From: a virus
Lineage: Duplodnaviria; Caudoviricetes
Strand: one strand, 5' to 3'
Length of the DNA stretch: 35,178 bases
Virus record (IMG/VR): IMGVR_UViG_3300046028_005878
Coordinates: 1-35,178 of that record
In this document: positions 9,401-16,469 of the stretch, one piece after another
Layout: each line of letters begins with the position of its first letter
Position numbering within the stretch: position 1 is the stretch's first letter
The notes under the pieces: generated by a model
The model's database searches: none
Told to the model about the DNA's origin: nothing
What the model saw: the letters and a program-made list of their open reading frames with translations, nothing else
Made by a program: the position numbers and the translations under genes

Positions 9401-12400
9401 ATATTGTAGATGAAGAGACTTGGAAGGTTGCAGAATCACTAGGATGGGAATTAGACGGAAGTTATCCATATCCTACCGCTGCTGAAATACCTGCGGTTCG
9501 TGCGGCATTTGATAACTTCTTTAATGTCATTGAAACCAAAGAGACGGACAAGGGTACTGCACTTTTTAGTCGCAGCAAGTCACAGACCGATACACCAGAG
9601 TTTAAAAAATGGTTTGGTGATAGTAAGGTCATTGATGTTAATGGTAAGCCTATGGTTATGCACCATGGCACATTTGCCACATCTAATTTTGACAGCTTCT
9701 ACAGGTTTAGTCATTTTGGCACCAAGCAGCAGGCTCAAAAGTTGCTGGATGATACTGAGGAAAACTATGAGCCTTACGAAGATTCCGATCCAGATGAACC
9801 GCCTTCAAGAATACTTCCAGTGTTTTTAAGTATAAAAAACCCTGTGCGTATTTCAGACGATGGCTCTCAACACAGCACATATTCCATTGCCGAAGATTTG
9901 CTATCACAAAACATCATCACGCAAAAAGAGTTTGATTATTTGACGGTAGGGTTTGATGCCAACCTAGAGGATAACCTTGCAGAACTTATACAATCCAAAG
10001 GTTTTGATGGACTCGTTTATAACAATAAATTTGAAGGCGATGGGGACAGTTTTGTGATTTTAAACCCAAGTCAAATAAAATCAGCCATAGGCAACAACGG
10101 AAATTTTGACGAATCAAACCCTGATATTCGCTTCTCTAAAGCCGATACATCTGGCGGCATGCCAAAAGCTGATGTTGAAAAATCAGTTAATGCCTTACGC
10201 GCTAACTGGAAAAACGCACCTCAAATAATCGTAGTTGATGATATGAATGACACAGCCATACGTGAAGCTGTGCGTGCCGAGAATGATCGTCAACTATCTC
10301 AAGGCGCTACAGGCCAGCCAGAAGGTTTCTTTGATGCAGGCAAGGTTTATATTGTTGCCAGTGAAATGAATTCTACTGATGATGTTGCACGTGTAGTGAT
10401 GCATGAAACATTAGGGCATTACGGTTTACGTGGTGTATTCGGTAAAGACTTAGCAAAAGTGCTTGAAAGCATTACTATCATGCGCCGTAAAGAGCTGAAT
10501 GCTAAAGCTAAGCAATACGGGCTTGATACCAGTAAAGCCAGTGATCGGTTAATTGCCGCAGAAGAAGTCTTAGCTGAAATGGCACAGACTAATCCGCAAC
10601 TTGGATTTGTTCAACGCGCAATAGCGGCTATTCGCACATGGCTACGCGATAACGGTTTTAAAATGAAATTGACTGACAATGACATTGTTGCCAATTATTT
10701 GATGCCTGCGCGCGCTTATGTGCAACGTGGTGGTAAAGAACAATCAACTGGTGATATGGTTGCGGCATTTAACCGTACCAACCGAACTCCATCAAAAGAA
10801 TCAGGCGATACGCATTTAACTGCATTCATGGAAGCCATAGCGCAGAATAAAGACCTATTTGAATATCAAACAATCAATTCTAAAAATATTAACGACATAG
10901 CTAAAGCTATTGATATTGGTTATGAAGTAAAGCCGCTGGGCGCAAGTCAAACTAAAATCAAGAATGCAACCAAGGCATGGGAGGTTTCTGTTCCAAATGC
11001 TACGCACCGCAGCGGGGTAATCTATGAAAAAGGCAATGATGTTTGGATTGATGTATCGCGTTTAATTTCAGGTAATGACCGTGGCAGTGCAATCTATGCA
11101 ATAGCGGCTGATTACGCACATAATAATGGCAAGGTATTGATTGGTGATCCAGAAGGCCTATCAAGAAAAGCGCTTTATCGCCGTAATGAGAATATGCTGT
11201 CTAGTGCTTTAAAACATGGCACAACTAAACATTTAATGCCGCATATTGCGCAAGAAGTGCCAAGTGAGTATTATCAAGGTCATGAAGCTGAGTTTGGCAA
11301 GAGTGTACGTGCGCTAGACTGGATTGAAGGTAATGATGTGCATAACATTAAAGAAATGCTTTACAATTCATACGATAGCGCAATAAAGAATATCCCAGAG
11401 GTTAAAGATGTTATCTACAACACAGAATCAGGAAAGTTTGAGTACACTGACGGCAGACCCTTTACTACTCAAGATAGTGAAAGAGTTTCTACCAGAATCG
11501 CCAATGAGCCGAATAATCCCTATCGCGCGGGAAGCGGCACGATTAAGAGATCGGCTCTCATCAACACCTTTCTACGCAAAGAGAGCGCAGGAAGAAGGGC
11601 AGAGTTATTGGGTGAGGCGGTCAATCAGCTATCAAGGAACGGACTAAGCCCTGAACTTAAAGGCGTGATGTACTCACGCTATAATCCAAATCAATCAAGC
11701 CTAACCCCTCAATGGGATAGCCCAGAAGCAAGTAAGATAGATTCTCTTATCTATACGCTACAAGACAAGCACATTGACTTAAAGCGCGTCACTCAAGCCA
11801 TTAAGAAAGCTGGCAATGACATTTCAGACAGATGGAATGCCTACCTGCAAGAAGAGCTTTATCATGGACGCACCGCTAAACGCACACAAGACTTTATCAA
11901 AGATGACTTAGAGCCATTGATTGAAGATATGCGCATGCGTGGCGTGAGCATGGCAGACTTTGAGGAATACTTATGGATGCGTCATGCGGAAGAGCGCAAC
12001 GTACAGATTGCTAAGGTCAATGCTGATATGCCTGATGGTGGTTCTGGTGTGAGCACTGCAGAAGCACAAGACTACCTAGAAAATCTACCAGCTTCAAATA
12101 AATCTAAGTATGAATCGCTAGCTAAGCGCATTGATTTAATTAACCGTAAATCACGCCAAGTGCTGATTGATTACGGTATTGAATCGGCTGATACGATTGC
12201 AGCATGGGAAGGTGCGTATAAGAACTATGTGCCGCTCATGCGTGAAGATATGGACGCAGGCTTTGGTAATGGCACTGGTCAAGGGTTTAGTGTCAAAGGT
12301 AACTCATCTAAGCGTGCTACTGGCTCTAAACGTGCCGTGGTGGATATTATTGCCAACATTGCACAGCAGTATGAGAAAAACATTACTCGTGGTGAAAAAA

Positions 12401-14361
12401 ACCGTGTGGCAACTGCACTGATTGGATTAGCAAAATTAAATCCTAATGAAGATGTTTGGCAGGTTGATACGCCACCAACCATTACTGATGTGAACAAAGC
12501 TACTGGCTTAGTTGAAACTCGCACCGACCCTAATTACAAATCACGTAATAACGTGGTAGTGGCGCGCATTCGTAACCGTTTAGGTAAAATTGAAGAGCGC
12601 TCAGTGGTATTTAACCAATTTGATGAACGTGCTATGCGCATGGCTGAAAGCATTAAGAACCTGGACATGGACCAGCTTAATGCAGGTTTAATTTTCATGG
12701 GCAGTATTACGCGCTATTTCTCAAGCATCAACACGCAATACAACCCAATTTTTGGTGTAGTCAACATCACCCGTGATGTGCAAGGTGCCATGCTTAACCT
12801 TACAACAACTGAGATTGCTGGCAAGCAAAAAGAAGTGCTAAAAAACGTAATGCCAGCTATGCGTGGTATTTATCGAGATTTACGTTCAATTAGAAAAGGT
12901 AATCAACCAGCCAATACAGAATGGGCGCAACTTTGGGAAGAGTACCAAAACGAGGGTGGTGCTACTGGATTTAAAGATATGTATGCTAATGCTGGTGAAC
13001 GTACTGAAGCTTTAGCAAAAGCGCTTGATCCAGAATGGTGGACTAAAACACTGGCTGGTAAAGTGGTTTCAATCAATGGTATTTTAACCGTTCCAGAAAC
13101 CGCACTTAAAGATAAAGCCATTAAGCCTGTATTTGATTGGTTATCTGACTACAACCAAACGCTTGAAAATGCAGTTAGATTGGCCGCTTATAAAGTTGCG
13201 CTAGATAATGGCATAAGTAAACAACAAGCAGCTAGCTTGGGTAAAAACTTAACCGTAAACTTTAATCGTAAAGGTTCTATGGGTAGAACCGCAGGTTCAC
13301 TCTATGCGTTTTTTAATGCGGCTGTACAAGGCACTGCGCGTATTGGTGAAACATTGACAGGACCCAAAGGCAAACAGATTATGGTTGGCGGGATTGCATA
13401 CGGAATAATGCAAGCTGTTTTATTAGATGCGTTAGGTTTTGATGAAGAAGAGCCGCCAGAGTTTGAGCGCGCAACTAATTTTATCATTCCCACTGGTGAT
13501 AAAAGCTACGTGACTATCCCAATGCCATTAGGTTTTAATGTATTTCCTAACCTTGGGCGCATTTCAGCCGAGTGGGCAATTAATGGCATGGAGAACACGA
13601 CTGAGCGCGTATTTGATTTATTTGGTGCTTTGATGGACTCATTCAACCCATTAGGCGGTAATGGTAGGATTGATTCAATCATCATGCCTACCGCGTTTGA
13701 TCCGTTTAACGATTTATCAAAAAACAAAGATCATACAGGTCGTTCAATTGCGCAAGAAGATTTCAGCAGCTTAGATCCAACACCAGGCTATACACGCACC
13801 CGTGATAAAGCTACTGCAATTAGTATTGAGTTGGCAAGATGGATTAACAATTTATCTGGCGGTGATGACTATGAACAAGGCCAATTAAGCCCAACTGGCG
13901 ACCAGATTGAATATCTGATAGGCCAAGTGACTGGTGGTGTTGGACGCGAGTTGGTTAAAACAGCGGCAACCATTGAAACCATAGTGACCGGTGAAGATTT
14001 ACCTACTTATAAAATACCATTGGTGGGTAGATTTATTGGTAACAGCAAAGGGCAAGCGCCGCAAGCTGGTAAGTTTTACAATAATTTAACCAGAATCAAT
14101 AAACTTGAAAACGGGTTGATTGGCCGTGATAGAGACGGCAAAGACGTTGATACATTTATCAATGAAAATCCAGAAGTGAATTATATTGATTATGGAAAAA
14201 AAGCTTACAGCGCAATTAGGAAACTAAGACAATATAAACGTGAGCTAGTTGAGCAAGATGCGGATCGCAATGAAGTTAAATTGGTGGATGACGAAATCAC
14301 AATGATTATGACTGAGTTCAACGACACCGTTGCTAATGCAAAAGTCGAACAGTCGCCTTAA
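3415..14361 (+). CDS. large polyvalent protein, probably virion-delivered (zincin-like metallopeptidase x2, LPD1-like, ADP-ribosyltransferase ART-PolyVal-like, GNAT-like, C-terminal LPD38-like)
   Basis: IDDFGEKIGGAKKD (~7918); GVEFGNW...GSLGHEWWHSLDNYF (HExxH 9070-9084); YWST..EMSARAFE; TPEFKKWFGDSK..GKPMVMHHGT...PSQIKSAIGNNGNFD (~9580-10135); MHETLGHYGL..EEVLAE (10402); IPMPLGF..SFNPLG..NKDHTGRSI near the C-terminus. Confidence 0.85.
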   Translation: MPIVEYRGKKITLPDDMSEADINNAMPSIADQIDSDFLEVEKPKESSAGFVDKAKGFAKDLALKPFRDALTIAQMTDNRSVTEGYDGAESKETGFDKTAGSRVLREVATKPQNTLNKGAKIVDGAAGIAEVGLRKGYAGLGRIEAGALQLAGDTFGSDTLKNTAQDQLKYANELENAAVLRGTKSKTFEPDALMQDAPRVATNAIGSVITSAPAIVGAALTGGSAIPAIFGTSALSDYGASGDDLNTAGKVAHAVGMGAAEAIGEKIGGTDKVAKALEEALGGKQNLIKLGVSLLTSGAKEIPSEEVTTTAQFLLDKNKYFGLNQNATLDDYIEQVIETAKTAAMQGAGMAGAGGVIKAALNGGPGNKEPEAINNQGIERILAAKLMEDQQKSAESQAALENITLPETSVDEAIELAKIAIDAPIAKPTGLLASLPINDQAINAADILGDEHVVSANDGLASVVETAAEGASDNLQGSLGDILNKSAGGVNSGPVYNPAETLTQSSGSGLDDGIGSQPDNALSELSSPNAEMPSNRVSTNSEPSPNFTKAKSLLNKLVSDGQIPLESISVSDFKRNTSTLESAVNGRFAEANNISDLVSSFTIKQKGFDKLNIPTQASVLSNVIGMAENDKIGDGVVGPSLIFMMDNLRGKQFSSEELLHNNAVLSHTLSTLGDPAIPVVKIGGSVKNTSTINTAEKIGSTLGMGGADGVMLPARGASDVDNISSVKSLLADGGAKESLAFNSIKPTSGDKKINGTGGTIDIRHDVTPNSNVVLGGDEATTSFTPTILPSKPVDLNKATSSENVKTAEAAPILASVSPVESNGLIEVAKIGGKNSKESISVKQSGDRLAVLHNGEPLIDFDTEQDVTVPLNATIDDIKKAVKASGQFNKQILSFNKEYAGVNPTTANTVDIVKPIEAPISKRTQINEKFEQNKEVLRAWMPDMDWATIGGRIIRDDDNQVSGRTTWETKDYDLDAIRKGSGLSFPSMQKAVQKALDGKPLSKVENAAIDAMIELAETIKNSNQTEAELDDNPFLTIEEEDALAQLESDMNWMALLEQSASDDNILASISSQAQNYQDAFNNDIGEYLEQIAEYERQEQRNVSETNTREPQESAGRNERARENESNTDTESQKQSETSGESAAKKLDLLGDDTAGKQAIATEYKPIKYAEAESFVDDSISNVYGEDHLETYKAQNVENVEKVVDLVKYALPASKANGYNLTYEPSSGGSQYLKFEKADDNFEVRIADHAAGYKFDVEKDLEYDDTLEQKYWVDTVLIPHLKNRNAANVSADGVNVKANFNSVANSDKSDAKTSGEVSNLTQQKNNASDLLGQDTSKQQAIADAERTKDAKRNSGTDNQDAFTLTGSNSEADIAAAAGAQDLFRDGTKKVDKPAGVTTASWVIRNKDTGEVIQETFQKSVADKINTDKYEAVPAMQHLQEMNDPDSKVRKYAERDNQTQDEVAKATKALDAAGVTGTEKLNTIAQVRQGNLTADEVASAHKNKIDDFGEKIGGAKKDTYTRKLEQSKEVNVESEPLAKSWPEPNYQELLDNGADSFVVGFLRAVREEIPRKPTKSYRVAGWVKNVTKLRDTAYGLLDGSIDAEKAKSVLAYAASNSHNMDGVQSRIELYQRVGHSKSLKGVKVSFGEYSIRDGIEYKPSLKLWTVEKQQDSTAFSSWPKELSTGKTKQEAIDNFVAKYDSLDIQDAPKSKDVSFDIYSYPKNTGKTGFFIGKKVGRNHIDLENFATVKEAREYKRDHHAELVVKLEKFKEIPNVRRDTNNPRVGEDMRNGQDVTPELFANTFGFKGVEFGNWVEGSKRQKDLNESFDALMDMAAILGIPPKSISLNGELSLAFGARGSGGIDPAKAHYEADYVVINMTKKDGAGSLGHEWWHSLDNYFSRLRNKKSEFMTAPVLDVSLASRGSNYHHSGAVRKEMIDAFGEVVKAINISSLKARSNKLDAKRSKEYWSTGLEMSARAFETYLIAKLQDNNASNDYLANIVDEETWKVAESLGWELDGSYPYPTAAEIPAVRAAFDNFFNVIETKETDKGTALFSRSKSQTDTPEFKKWFGDSKVIDVNGKPMVMHHGTFATSNFDSFYRFSHFGTKQQAQKLLDDTEENYEPYEDSDPDEPPSRILPVFLSIKNPVRISDDGSQHSTYSIAEDLLSQNIITQKEFDYLTVGFDANLEDNLAELIQSKGFDGLVYNNKFEGDGDSFVILNPSQIKSAIGNNGNFDESNPDIRFSKADTSGGMPKADVEKSVNALRANWKNAPQIIVVDDMNDTAIREAVRAENDRQLSQGATGQPEGFFDAGKVYIVASEMNSTDDVARVVMHETLGHYGLRGVFGKDLAKVLESITIMRRKELNAKAKQYGLDTSKASDRLIAAEEVLAEMAQTNPQLGFVQRAIAAIRTWLRDNGFKMKLTDNDIVANYLMPARAYVQRGGKEQSTGDMVAAFNRTNRTPSKESGDTHLTAFMEAIAQNKDLFEYQTINSKNINDIAKAIDIGYEVKPLGASQTKIKNATKAWEVSVPNATHRSGVIYEKGNDVWIDVSRLISGNDRGSAIYAIAADYAHNNGKVLIGDPEGLSRKALYRRNENMLSSALKHGTTKHLMPHIAQEVPSEYYQGHEAEFGKSVRALDWIEGNDVHNIKEMLYNSYDSAIKNIPEVKDVIYNTESGKFEYTDGRPFTTQDSERVSTRIANEPNNPYRAGSGTIKRSALINTFLRKESAGRRAELLGEAVNQLSRNGLSPELKGVMYSRYNPNQSSLTPQWDSPEASKIDSLIYTLQDKHIDLKRVTQAIKKAGNDISDRWNAYLQEELYHGRTAKRTQDFIKDDLEPLIEDMRMRGVSMADFEEYLWMRHAEERNVQIAKVNADMPDGGSGVSTAEAQDYLENLPASNKSKYESLAKRIDLINRKSRQVLIDYGIESADTIAAWEGAYKNYVPLMREDMDAGFGNGTGQGFSVKGNSSKRATGSKRAVVDIIANIAQQYEKNITRGEKNRVATALIGLAKLNPNEDVWQVDTPPTITDVNKATGLVETRTDPNYKSRNNVVVARIRNRLGKIEERSVVFNQFDERAMRMAESIKNLDMDQLNAGLIFMGSITRYFSSINTQYNPIFGVVNITRDVQGAMLNLTTTEIAGKQKEVLKNVMPAMRGIYRDLRSIRKGNQPANTEWAQLWEEYQNEGGATGFKDMYANAGERTEALAKALDPEWWTKTLAGKVVSINGILTVPETALKDKAIKPVFDWLSDYNQTLENAVRLAAYKVALDNGISKQQAASLGKNLTVNFNRKGSMGRTAGSLYAFFNAAVQGTARIGETLTGPKGKQIMVGGIAYGIMQAVLLDALGFDEEEPPEFERATNFIIPTGDKSYVTIPMPLGFNVFPNLGRISAEWAINGMENTTERVFDLFGALMDSFNPLGGNGRIDSIIMPTAFDPFNDLSKNKDHTGRSIAQEDFSSLDPTPGYTRTRDKATAISIELARWINNLSGGDDYEQGQLSPTGDQIEYLIGQVTGGVGRELVKTAATIETIVTGEDLPTYKIPLVGRFIGNSKGQAPQAGKFYNNLTRINKLENGLIGRDRDGKDVDTFINENPEVNYIDYGKKAYSAIRKLRQYKRELVEQDADRNEVKLVDDEITMIMTEFNDTVANAKVEQSP
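4769..4981 (+). CDS. small overlapping gene in the +1 frame of the giant gene (70 aa)
   Basis: AGGGGA RBS 4758-4763, 5 nt before ATG; globular-looking LPAWLRLPLKAQAITYKEAWEIY...LPKHLHKAAEAVWMME...TMH while the main frame here is low-complexity G/S/D/N. Confidence 0.6.
   Translation: MSSVQMMGLPAWLRLPLKAQAITYKEAWEIYLISQQEGSIVDQYITLPKHLHKAAEAVWMMELEASQTMH
4993..5706 (-). CDS. HNH homing-type endonuclease (two C4 zinc fingers + HNH_3-like domain + two HTH repeats) nested antisense in the giant gene
   Basis: CTTC..FCTPIC and CTSC..FCSIYC; EHRVIMEKFLGRKL..EVVHHKDERRANNAITNL..SHADHIREH; TTYQIGNIIGFSESTI and SFSEIGRRLGVSGNSI HTH-like repeats; GGAG RBS 7 nt upstream. Confidence 0.9.
   Translation of the reverse strand: MPNVNCTTCSVDFFVTASRFNRVKSKRFFCTPICQQAFNRRNIVNVTCTSCGKHYAVSPSHSKGRANLFCSIYCRSVFDRTAYLDNGYRRVTKSGKRMREHRVIMEKFLGRKLLTSEVVHHKDERRANNAITNLVVLSHADHIREHRSLSWDIELVKSLLLDGKTTYQIGNIIGFSESTINSALKRRGIPFKVRNADGLKWDLSIANELIKQGFSFSEIGRRLGVSGNSIGRHFRVR
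5707..5801 (-). promoter_or_regulatory. putative promoter and structured leader of the nested HNH gene
   Basis: TTTAAA-17-TAAAAT with extended -10 TGn (5773-5801); 5' hairpin GGGG..ATGAAGT-TGTA-GCTTCAT-CCCC (5740-5768); second hairpin ACATTACT/AGTAACGT covering part of the GGAG RBS. Confidence 0.6.
6674..6850 (+). CDS. small basic overlapping gene in the +1 frame (58 aa, TTG start)
   Basis: AGGAGA RBS 6663-6668, 5 nt before TTG; MNKLLNMSDKSKEMLAKLTPESRKKVLDAMSVRVKTKAIQILKAKNKAKLAASQLPKS; main frame here is a polar E/R/N/S linker. Confidence 0.5.
   Translation: MNKLLNMSDKSKEMLAKLTPESRKKVLDAMSVRVKTKAIQILKAKNKAKLAASQLPKS
6818..7434 (+). repeat. bipartite direct repeat flanking an internal module of the giant gene
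   Basis: AAACTAGCGGCGAG at 6818-6831 and 7343-7356; CAGGCTATTGCA at 6880-6891 and 7423-7434; peptide TSGE...DLLGxDT..QAIA occurs twice. Confidence 0.8.
11408..11647 (+). CDS. candidate overlapping gene in the +1 frame (79 aa)
   Basis: GAGGT RBS 11398-11402, 5 nt before ATG; main-frame codons shift toward AGA/AGG/GGA/TCG in this stretch. Confidence 0.45.
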   Translation: MLSTTQNQESLSTLTADPLLLKIVKEFLPESPMSRIIPIAREAARLRDRLSSTPFYAKRAQEEGQSYWVRRSISYQGTD

Positions 14362-14425
14362 TGAGTGTATAAAAAACAGCAACTGCCAAGACGCACCAAA
14401 GGCAGAACACAATGACTTTATCCAT
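14333..14425 (-). CDS. 30-aa hydrophobic peptide convergent with the giant gene
   Basis: MDKVIVFCLWCVLAVAVFYTLIKATVRLLH; TTCACC-17-TATTAT ends 6 nt before the ATG (leaderless-type); no RBS. Confidence 0.4.
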   Translation of the reverse strand: MDKVIVFCLWCVLAVAVFYTLIKATVRLLH

Positions 14426-14512
14426 TTATGTATAATACATGATAACTGTATGATGGTGAATCCAATGGTGTTGATCTATTACCATTCGGTAAACTCTAAA
14501 TTCTAGAAAGAA

Positions 14513-14694
14513 TCCTTGTGGCGTCCTTGTGGCTATTTGTAGATAATTTATAACTGCCTATGCATAACAGATATGGTTATAATTGGCTTGTAGACTAGTT
14601 ATAGTTAAGCATGGATTATCTGTTAGCAAGTTCGAATCTTGCTGTCCCGACCAATAAACATAGTATTTACAAGGTATTTGCATTTCCTTGTGGC
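14513..14694. other. attP: attP region: tRNA-derived core flanked by arm-type repeats
   Basis: TCCTTGTGGC direct repeats at 14513-14522, 14524-14533 and 14685-14694 around the core; downstream of the integrase. Confidence 0.8.
14626..14653 (+). other. att core = 3' end of a tRNA-Pro (T-arm + acceptor strand + CCA); not a complete tRNA
   Basis: GCAAG-TTCGAAT-CTTGC-TGTCCCG-A-CCA; CCGACCA end is characteristic of bacterial tRNA-Pro; no 5' half upstream. Confidence 0.8.
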
Positions 14695-15248
14695 AGATTA
14701 GAGGCAGCAATAGCCTCTAGTCGTATCTTTTCACTTAGCTTTTGTAGCTCAATATATCCAGATATTGCTTCATCTTCTGTTTTAAATCCATAAACTCTTT
14801 TTTCTAAATACTTAGTATGTATCCTAGCTTGATAGTGTATTTCCCCATATTTTTTATAAGGGTAAATCCCTTTGGCTTTTTCTCTTAACCCATACTTGTA
14901 ACCGTGATAATTTTGAACCTCACAATTTGCTACGTACGCAAATGCAATTCTTTTAAATATTTCATCACCATACCAACCAAGAGCATTATTCATTGCTGAT
15001 AAGATAAATCTACAGTTATCAACTGAATATCCTTTGTCGCTATCTATTCTATCTAAACTAGCTGCAAATGGTCTTTTTTTGCCATTTGGTGGTGATATAT
15101 CAAATGATATTTTTGTAAGGCAGCATTTACCATTAGCAATATCTAAAAGATGATTAAATTCATCACGTGACAAGTCAAAATCTATACCGCGTTGTTTGGC
15201 ATTTTTATAAACATCACGGTACATTTGTGCGATAATCTTTGAATCCAT
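14667..15248 (-). CDS. HNH-like endonuclease with AP2-like C-terminal domain
   Basis: AKQRGIDFDL..KCCLTK..SLDRIDSDKGYSVDNCRFILSAMN; KGIY..YQARI..FKTEDEA; AGGAG RBS. Confidence 0.75.
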   Translation of the reverse strand: MDSKIIAQMYRDVYKNAKQRGIDFDLSRDEFNHLLDIANGKCCLTKISFDISPPNGKKRPFAASLDRIDSDKGYSVDNCRFILSAMNNALGWYGDEIFKRIAFAYVANCEVQNYHGYKYGLREKAKGIYPYKKYGEIHYQARIHTKYLEKRVYGFKTEDEAISGYIELQKLSEKIRLEAIAASNLPQGNANTL

Positions 15249-15316
15249 TGCAACTCCTTCATAGTTGTGGTGGCTAGGGGCAGCAATGTTGAAGCATTGC
15301 TGTTCCGTTTATTATA
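15249..15316 (-). promoter_or_regulatory. putative promoter and hairpin leader of the HNH gene (may double as int terminator)
   Basis: TATAAT (15311-15316) overlapping the int stop codon; CAGCAATG-CTTCAA-CATTGCTG hairpin; CAACT/AGTTG hairpin over the AGGAG RBS. Confidence 0.55.
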
Positions 15317-16469
15317 CTCTTAGTATCAATGGTTTATTATTTTCATCATCAAATATAGCCTCAATTTTCTGCTTTTCTTTTTGCTTATCTGCGCCATCTA
15401 TCCATTTTGAATAGGTGGTTAAAAGCATCTGCATATTTGCATGGCCCATCATTTTAGATACCCACATCGGATTAGCGCCAGCCATTAGATTTAATGTTGC
15501 ATAGGTATGGCGCATTTGATACGGCACTCTATACCTTATGCCTAACTTCTTGATTGTAGGTCGCCAGTAACGCTTAGCTTGTGCGGCTTCACTATTCCAT
15601 TGCTTATTAGTCACGGGATTATTAAACACGTACTCACTTGATAAGAATGTGAATTGTTTCTGTGAGGTAATAGCTTTTAATGCTCGGCTATTTAACTCAA
15701 TATCACGAATAAGATTAGTCTTAGTTGTTTCACGGTCTGTGCTGGCAGTTCTTACGCGCCTGATACGAGCCATGCCATTATTAAAGTCTATTTCAGTCCA
15801 TTTTAATGCAATGGCTTCTTGAGGGCGCACCCCTGAAAAGAACATAAACTCAAAGTAATTTAATACTTGTGCATTATAGTTATTTGCTATGTGTCTAAGT
15901 ATTGTATTGACTTCAGCTATCGTGAATGGGTCTGGTGGCTCTTTCTGTACTTTGCCGTTATCTATGCCATCACATGGGTTATAGTTTATCTCACGGTCTT
16001 GAATTGCTAATTTGAACACCTGTCTAACAGGGATTAGCATATCGTTTCTATATTTTTCTTTCCATCCGTAAGCGTTCGATATTTTGAGTATTTCTGAATA
16101 TTTAATATCATCTATCTGCGTATCGCCTAAATGCTCACACCAAAAGTTAATCATCTTAGTGTAATTAACAATTGTGCCTTGTGCCTTGCCTTTAAGAGTA
16201 TCTATCCATAAATTAGACTGTACTCTAAATGTTGGGGTTGCTTTCTTTACCTGTACAGACTTGGTTAATTTTGAAGTAGGGAAGTGTTTAGCATATTGCT
16301 CTAGTGTGTATGTACCTAAAGCAATAGCACGCTCAACTTCACCTTTTAACTGCTCTGCATATCGAATATTATTCTTTGTGTAAGGAATGCCTATAGTCGG
16401 GCGGTAGCGCTTGCCATTCCAGTAGAACGTGACTTGGATGCCTTGACCGTGCTGTTTGATTCCACCCAT
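15312..16469 (-). CDS. int: tyrosine integrase with DUF3596/Arm-DNA-binding N-terminus
   Basis: GIQVTFYWNGKRYR N-terminus; SGVRPQE, TTKT, YQMRHTY, MGH, TTYSKW catalytic motifs. Confidence 0.95.
   Translation of the reverse strand: MGGIKQHGQGIQVTFYWNGKRYRPTIGIPYTKNNIRYAEQLKGEVERAIALGTYTLEQYAKHFPTSKLTKSVQVKKATPTFRVQSNLWIDTLKGKAQGTIVNYTKMINFWCEHLGDTQIDDIKYSEILKISNAYGWKEKYRNDMLIPVRQVFKLAIQDREINYNPCDGIDNGKVQKEPPDPFTIAEVNTILRHIANNYNAQVLNYFEFMFFSGVRPQEAIALKWTEIDFNNGMARIRRVRTASTDRETTKTNLIRDIELNSRALKAITSQKQFTFLSSEYVFNNPVTNKQWNSEAAQAKRYWRPTIKKLGIRYRVPYQMRHTYATLNLMAGANPMWVSKMMGHANMQMLLTTYSKWIDGADKQKEKQKIEAIFDDENNKPLILRV

Noticed and set aside
6107-12421. Other +1-frame ORFs in the giant gene (4982-5209, 6107-6415, 9500-9829, 12167-12421) and the 20-aa ORF at 9767
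   Set aside because: Weak or no RBS or very short, not protein-like, and mostly overlapping conserved main-frame domains; expected by chance.
14580-14653. Complete tRNA gene
   Set aside because: Only the T-arm and 3' acceptor strand are present; no 5' CGGGACA strand, D-arm or anticodon arm.
15520-15530. Integrase inactivated by YxxR replacing HxxR
   Set aside because: YQxRHTY is usual in DUF3596-type integrases; the other catalytic residues are present.
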